In this document: positions 58,904-64,000 of the stretch, piece by piece
Position numbering within the stretch: position 1 is the stretch's first letter
How the letters are laid out: every line of letters starts with the position of its first letter
NCBI GenBank assembly: GCA_038134595.1
Contig: JAYPVM010000005.1
Location: 64,001 to 128,000, forward strand
Direction: 5' to 3'
Origin: Pseudomonadota bacterium
GTDB lineage: Bacteria > Bdellovibrionota_C > UBA2361 > OMII01
DNA length: 64,000 bases
Made by a program: the position numbers and the translations under genes
Notes under the pieces: generated by a model
The model's input: the letters and a program-made list of their open reading frames with translations, nothing else
The model's database searches: none
Told to the model about the DNA's origin: nothing

Positions 58904-60856
58904 TCAATGACCGTTCGAGGGAGAGTAAGAAGCGTTGAGAAGCTCCTTGCTCCCCAGTCCCAGGTTTCCTTCTGGAACAATAAGAGGCTCTCGACTTCTA
59001 TTAATTCCCAATCTATTTTTCGTTGCCAAAAACCGAATGCTTCGGTCTACAATCCCCCGAAACACAGGACCCGCTAGCGTCCCACCATATATGCTCGTCG
59101 TGTTTGGCTCATCAATGGTGACGATCGTCGTAAGGTTGCGATTAACCCCTAAAGGAGAGCCATCAGCAAACCCCACAAATGAGGCCACATAAGCTCCACG
59201 TTGATACCCCCTACCATTCTTCGCGGCTTTTTGCGCAGTACCAGTTTTTCCACCGACCCGAATACCTTCTATAGCGGCTCGTTTACCAGTTCCATGCTCA
59301 TCCTCGACAACCCCATACATCATTTCCCGAGCTGCCAAGGCCGCCTTTGATGAAATAATCCTCTCACCTTTTGGCAAACCCGCCTCATCGATGACAACTG
59401 ATAAAGTTGGCAACACTCCCCCATTTGCTATCGCGGCTACCGCACGAACGATCTGCAAAGGTGTAACTGCAACTCCCTGACCAAAAGAGTGCGTGGCGAC
59501 ATCAACCTTACTCCACGCCTTGGGTCGTCTTAAAATACCAGCGGATTCTCCAGGAAGTCCCAGTCCAGAAAATGAGCCAAAGCCAAAGCGCCTTAACGAA
59601 TCAAATAACCGCTCAGATCCGAGGCGAATTCCAATTTTGGACATCCCAATATTAGACGACCGAACGACTACGTCATAGAAAGGAATCACCTTGGAAGGAT
59701 GGACATCCTTTATAACATGTCGCGAAAACGGGAACCGCCCATTCTCGCAGTCTATTAAGTCTGCACTTCTAACAACCCCGGCATCCATAGCAGCCGCCGC
59801 CACAATTGGCTTCATCACCGAACCGGGCTCAAAAACTGCCTCTACGAGAAGATTTCTTAGATGCCGCGCATTTGTTTCGCTGGTATCATTAAAATTATAG
59901 CTCGGCGATTGGCTCATTGCGATGATCTCTCCAGTTTCAGAGTCAATCATCACTGCCATCGCCCGCTTTGCATTAGCGCTCCGCCGCCCTTTTTCAAGCT
60001 CCTCATCCATGATGATCTGCAAGTCGGCATCGAGAGTTAACTTAATAGATGTGCCCCTCGGTGGAGAAAAAACACCGTCCTCTCCTTTAATACCAGTCTG
60101 AATAACCTTTCCAAAGGCATCCTTAGCTACCTTCGTCTCAACATGTTCTTGGCGAAGGTGCTTCTCGAAAATACGCTCGATACCAGACAAGCCATTTCCA
60201 TCGGTCCCCACCTTTCCAATAAGGGCACTCGCGGCGTTGTTATAAGGATAAAAGCGCCTAGCCTCTGTCACACTGCCAATACCGGCTATCTTCAGGTCTG
60301 TGATTTGCTGAGCTTGATATCTGGGCACCTGTCGTTTAATCCAAACGAACGGTTGTTTCGAATTTAATTTTTTGTCGACACTATCACGAGATATAGACAG
60401 GGTCTGTGCTAGCACTTGCGCCGTGCGCCCCTTGTTCTTTATCAAAGTCGGACGCACATAAAGTGATTCCGTAGGAACCGAAACTGCAAAAGACTTGCCG
60501 TTCCGATCTAACACCGCGCCTCTCTCTGCAGCGACCTGTACCTTCATAACATGCTGCTTCAGAGCCCAGCCCTGCCATGTCTCAAAGCTAGAAACCTGCA
60601 AACTGTACATTCGAGCGACCAGGAGTCCTGTCCAAACGATCGCCACCGCACCGATTATTCTCAAACGTGCCGGGCGTTGCCGAATGACAGGAAGAGAACG
60701 TCTATCATCACCCCGCCCACCGCGTAAGTCGACACCAACCAGAGAACCTCCCGATACGCTTTTCCGCGACGTAGCCTTACGCTCCCCTTTTATTTCGCTT
60801 TGGCCGGGAAGTTTCAAGAGTATTCGAGCCGTCAATCGCCGAAATTTTGAATCCAT
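58904..60856 (-). CDS. ftsI: Class B penicillin-binding protein FtsI (PBP3)
   Basis: RGAVLDRNG, RFYP, EPGSVMK (SxxK), SSN, KTGTAQK; follows ftsL. Confidence 0.95.
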   Translation of the reverse strand: MDSKFRRLTARILLKLPGQSEIKGERKATSRKSVSGGSLVGVDLRGGRGDDRRSLPVIRQRPARLRIIGAVAIVWTGLLVARMYSLQVSSFETWQGWALKQHVMKVQVAAERGAVLDRNGKSFAVSVPTESLYVRPTLIKNKGRTAQVLAQTLSISRDSVDKKLNSKQPFVWIKRQVPRYQAQQITDLKIAGIGSVTEARRFYPYNNAASALIGKVGTDGNGLSGIERIFEKHLRQEHVETKVAKDAFGKVIQTGIKGEDGVFSPPRGTSIKLTLDADLQIIMDEELEKGRRSANAKRAMAVMIDSETGEIIAMSQSPSYNFNDTSETNARHLRNLLVEAVFEPGSVMKPIVAAAAMDAGVVRSADLIDCENGRFPFSRHVIKDVHPSKVIPFYDVVVRSSNIGMSKIGIRLGSERLFDSLRRFGFGSFSGLGLPGESAGILRRPKAWSKVDVATHSFGQGVAVTPLQIVRAVAAIANGGVLPTLSVVIDEAGLPKGERIISSKAALAAREMMYGVVEDEHGTGKRAAIEGIRVGGKTGTAQKAAKNGRGYQRGAYVASFVGFADGSPLGVNRNLTTIVTIDEPNTTSIYGGTLAGPVFRGIVDRSIRFLATKNRLGINRSREPLIVPEGNLGLGSKELLNASYSPSNGH

Positions 60857-61012
60857 ACGTTCTTCCTACAAAGCCGTTCCCCGAAGTATTTTCCGACCGA
60901 CTTAGTTTCCAGACCGACTATATGTCGACCAAACTTGCATGAGGCGACACTGTCAAACCAGTGCGCCGGGGGCAGAGCAACTCTAGCGCCCCGCACAGGG
61001 CGTACGCAATCA

Positions 61013-61333
61013 CTACTCGTAACGCACCTGTAATGTCCTGCTTGAATCCATATCCCGCAGACCGCTTGTTCGGCGAGCTGCTGCCGAAAGAGCATCAGGA
61101 CGAAGCAATATCGCCTGCTCCAATTCAAGCTCTCGCCTTTCCATATCGAGCTGTACAGTTAAATTCCGCGCTTGTGCTACCTGATAGCCTACATCGGTTG
61201 CCTCTAGCTTCACCCAAACACGCATCCCCAACACCGCCAACAACCCTAGCGCTGCCAGAACATGAACTTTGATAGAAACTGAAGCCACATCTCGCTTCAC
61301 GTAAACCGATTGATACTGCAAACAAACTGCCAT
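61013..61333 (-). CDS. ftsL: Cell division protein FtsL
   Basis: Single TM, GYQ, leucine-zipper coil, L.RP..L...AR..SGL motif; between rsmH and ftsI. Confidence 0.85.
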   Translation of the reverse strand: MAVCLQYQSVYVKRDVASVSIKVHVLAALGLLAVLGMRVWVKLEATDVGYQVAQARNLTVQLDMERRELELEQAILLRPDALSAAARRTSGLRDMDSSRTLQVRYE

Positions 61334-61424
61334 GAACGCCCCCTTGTTGTTTAAAATGTACAGCGAAAACTAAAGTCTGTCGCCAGGTAAAATGCACAAA
61401 TCGTTATTTTTTCACTTCAAAAAT

Positions 61425-62357
61425 TCACATCATCCGAAACTCAAATAACCTTAGCTTTGCACTGCGAGAAGCTGGGTTCTCGTGAATTTCAGAACTTGAT
61501 GGAAGCGTTGCCTTCTTTGGCCAAACCCGGCCGATACTTATCTCTTTTCGCGGCCCCCTCCACGATGCGGGATACGACCCGCCAGACTCCCATCCACGGA
61601 GAGTGCGCGCAACCAACGTGTCTTCGACTGAATGAAAAGTTATTACCGCAAGCTTGCCAGTTGCTCGGTTAATTAAACGAGGGACCGTTTCTAGCAGCGT
61701 CTCGATCTCTTCTCGTTCTTTGTTCACCTTCATTCTAATAGCCTGAAAAACAACCGTTGCAGGGTGAGATTTTCCAACGCCCCGCTTCCCTAACTGGGCA
61801 CAGCGTATCGATTCTGCTAGCTCTTGAGCACTGGCAAACGGCCGCTTATCTGCTATAAAAAATGCCAAGCGCCTGCTGTGCGTTCCAACGCCGCCTTCTA
61901 CAAGAGCACGATAAAGTTCCCGCTCAGATGCCGTGTTAATGAAACTCTCGGCTGTCATCTCGTCGTTTTCGTCCATTCTCATATCCAACGCTGTCTGGTC
62001 GTTGAACGAAAAGCCTCGTCCCTCATAAAGCTGATCGGTAGACATCCCAAGATCTGCCAACACCCCATCAAAAACCTGTCCCTGAACTAACTCTTCAATC
62101 TGTGAAAAACGACCCTGACGAACTTCAAGCCTGCCACCATAGGCGTTTGACCATGCCAATCCCCGCTCAACTGCCCGACTATCGCGGTCGAACGCACACA
62201 CTCGACACTCAGGACATCTTTCGAGTATTGCTCGGGAATGTCCGCCACCGCCAAACGTAACATCGAGCAAGTTCCCCTGTCCGATATCGGAAAAAGCCTC
62301 CACCACTTCATGGAGCAACACCGACCGGTGCCTCGATGTCGAGCCATCCCCCGTCAT
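61425..62357 (-). CDS. rsmH: 16S rRNA m4C1402 methyltransferase
   Basis: HRSVLLHE, DVTFGGGGHS, DLGMS, RGFSF, LDMRMD, FQAIR..VN.E, ITFHSVED, NPASRSAKLR. Confidence 0.96.
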   Translation of the reverse strand: MTGDGSTSRHRSVLLHEVVEAFSDIGQGNLLDVTFGGGGHSRAILERCPECRVCAFDRDSRAVERGLAWSNAYGGRLEVRQGRFSQIEELVQGQVFDGVLADLGMSTDQLYEGRGFSFNDQTALDMRMDENDEMTAESFINTASERELYRALVEGGVGTHSRRLAFFIADKRPFASAQELAESIRCAQLGKRGVGKSHPATVVFQAIRMKVNKEREEIETLLETVPRLINRATGKLAVITFHSVEDTLVARTLRGWESGGSYPASWRGPRKEISIGRVWPKKATLPSSSEIHENPASRSAKLRLFEFRMM

Positions 62358-62896
62358 AGGTCTACATCCGCAAACAGATCGGGATTCGCAAGCAAAGCCT
62401 GTTCAGATGCCTCAAAAATCGCGTCCCAAACACGCTTATCCCACATTCGAAATCCATGAATAGACGCAGTAAACACAACTTCACGCTCCAACCCGGCATA
62501 GGCTCGCAAGTAACTGGGGATTAAAATCCGACCGTTACCATCTACGCCACACTCGGATGCTCGACTCAAATAAAAATTCTCCAACTGTTGCAACTTGCTG
62601 CCGAATCGGCTTTTCTCCCGCAATCGAGCCTCGAAATCCTCCCATTCGCGGATCGAAAAGCCCTCAATGCAGCGCGAGCCTTCAGAAATATAGTTTGTCA
62701 GCACAATCGCCTGAGACTCCTCGCCGCGTAACGCGCGGCGGAATCCGGCTGGAAGGCTAATTCGCCCCTTTTCATCCACTGTATGAACAGAATTCCCCCG
62801 AAAAGAAACGAACGACGAATCTCCGCCAGCAAATGAACAATCGGCCGACTCCGCTGCTTTAACTTCCTGCTTGTCGTCTCTATGCCTATCGCTCAT
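62354..62896 (-). CDS. mraZ: Division/cell wall cluster regulator MraZ
   Basis: Two DxxGR motifs (DEKGRISLP, DGNGRILIP); ATGA overlap with rsmH. Confidence 0.95.
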   Translation of the reverse strand: MSDRHRDDKQEVKAAESADCSFAGGDSSFVSFRGNSVHTVDEKGRISLPAGFRRALRGEESQAIVLTNYISEGSRCIEGFSIREWEDFEARLREKSRFGSKLQQLENFYLSRASECGVDGNGRILIPSYLRAYAGLEREVVFTASIHGFRMWDKRVWDAIFEASEQALLANPDLFADVDL

Positions 62897-62974
62897 CGAA
62901 GAGATCCGTCGTCGTTAGGGGAAAAGAACCGCAATTACAACAACCACAACCAAACCATAAAGCGGGACACTATA

Positions 62975-62998
62975 CCACTCTGACCCACTCCATACCAC
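62975..62998 (-). promoter_or_regulatory. MraZ-binding repeats (GTGG-N6 x3)
   Basis: CCAC at 62975, 62985 and 62995 on + (GTGG on -), exact 10-bp period, upstream of mraZ. Confidence 0.8.
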
Positions 62999-62999
62999 C

Positions 63000-63029
63000 A
63001 AGGTACACGGCTAAGCTAGAATCCGTCAA
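63000..63029 (-). promoter_or_regulatory. Putative sigma70 promoter of mraZ
   Basis: TTGACG-N18-TACCTT on the minus strand, directly upstream of the GTGG repeats. Confidence 0.55.
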
Positions 63030-63494
63030 TGGGGATTCTAAACAAAAAGGTCAGTATAACCCCGCAACGACCCAAGTATCCGAAATGAAACCGATTTCGA
63101 TAAACAGAGAAACAAATCCAGGGCTCGCTGGCCCCCACATACACAACCCCAAAGGACAAACAGAGCGTCCCTACTTAATCTCTACACCACAGTCCCGACG
63201 ACAGGTCAGCCGAGCCACCGATAGCACGTAGTAAGCATAACTCCATAACAGAGCCGCACCGAAACTGAGGGATTTTACGTCTGGGAGAAACAATATCGAG
63301 CTAGCACAGCACTAATCGAGGTCATGCAATCGTTCTGGACCTGGACTACGGGAGAAATTGCAATACAGTCCCCCACTCACAGGGGAATAGAATCGTAAGG
63401 TTGCAACCAACAATCACCATCTCGTTGGCGCGGAATTACTGTTAACTTTTCATGCAGACACGTTCTCTAAAACGAGGTGACCGCAACCAGCTCA

Positions 63495-64000
63495 CTACTC
63501 TACAGTAACACTCTTAGCCAAGTTTCGCGGCAAGTCTACGTCCGTACCGTTCATAACAGCCACGTGATAAGCTAGTAACTGCATCGGTAAATTGATCAGG
63601 ATAGGGCTCAATTCAGGCGATACAAAGGGCACTCGTAAAACTGACCTACCTGCCTCTTGCAAATCTACTGATGGATCTGCATCCGTTACTACTATTACTT
63701 TGGCGCCTCGCGCCTCGACCTCTTTTACGTTCGACATAGTTTTTTCAAACAAAATAGGATCTTGCTGGACCGCTACAACAACAGGCATAGCATCGTCTAT
63801 AAGAGCAATTGGCCCGTGCTTCATCTCTCCTGATGGATACCCTTCGGCGTGAATATAAGAGATCTCCTTTAATTTAAGAGCCCCTTCAAGAGCGATTGGA
63901 TAGCAAACCCCTCTTCCTAAAAACAAAAAGTCTCTGGCGCTACAAAATCGCTTCGCCACTTCAACAACATCGCTTTCTATCCTTAGTGACTCCGTAATGG
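63495..64000 (-). CDS. glmS: Glutamine--fructose-6-phosphate aminotransferase (C-terminal part; 5' end outside window)
   Basis: [42 protein letters not shown]; frame stays open to the window edge. Confidence 0.97.
   Translation of the reverse strand, partial: ITESLRIESDVVEVAKRFCSARDFLFLGRGVCYPIALEGALKLKEISYIHAEGYPSGEMKHGPIALIDDAMPVVVAVQQDPILFEKTMSNVKEVEARGAKVIVVTDADPSVDLQEAGRSVLRVPFVSPELSPILINLPMQLLAYHVAVMNGTDVDLPRNLAKSVTVE

Noticed and set aside
60832..61397. Alternative ORFs around ftsL and the 156-bp ftsL-ftsI gap
   Set aside because: They overlap ftsL in other frames and have no motifs; no supportable feature was found in the gap.
537..63852. Many 60-145 aa ORFs antisense to or nested within identified genes
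   Set aside because: They are shadows of well-supported genes and show no motifs of their own.
1..64000. CRISPR array, transposase, integrase, rRNA or prophage structural genes
   Set aside because: No spaced direct-repeat array and no ORF with recognisable motifs for these was seen.

Overview
Chromosomal, mostly core-genome window from a Gram-negative bacterium. The ispE-tRNAGln-prs-rplY-pth-rpsF-rplI synteny and the GAF-mreB pair suggest a deltaproteobacteria-like (Bdellovibrionota/Myxococcota-type) lineage; this is inference only. It holds housekeeping genes (DEAD-box helicase, aspS, rne, mreB, dksA, glmS, ribosomal proteins, 2 tRNAs), a fragmented dcw cluster (mraZ-rsmH-ftsL-ftsI followed by a spinster-type MFS; ftsW-murG 48 kb away) and acyl-CoA catabolism (MCC, PCC-type carboxyltransferase, methylmalonyl-CoA mutase, FadJ). 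No CRISPR array, transposase or intact prophage was seen. Stand-out observations: (1) a single 1316-codon ORF fusing a complete RecJ exonuclease to a Hef/FANCM-type SF2 helicase; (2) a stripped-down type III secretion-like operon (two FHA proteins, SctJ, a FliG-N/SctK-like mini-protein, SctO, SctQ, an SctE-like protein and a TPR chaperone) with no ATPase, export gate, secretin or needle gene; (3) an alpha/beta-hydrolase + membrane-anchored MurF + atypical Ddl operon; (4) rpsF-rplI with no rpsR between them; (5) candidate structured RNAs and one small protein missed by the ORF track. All family calls come from motifs read by eye; no database searches were run.
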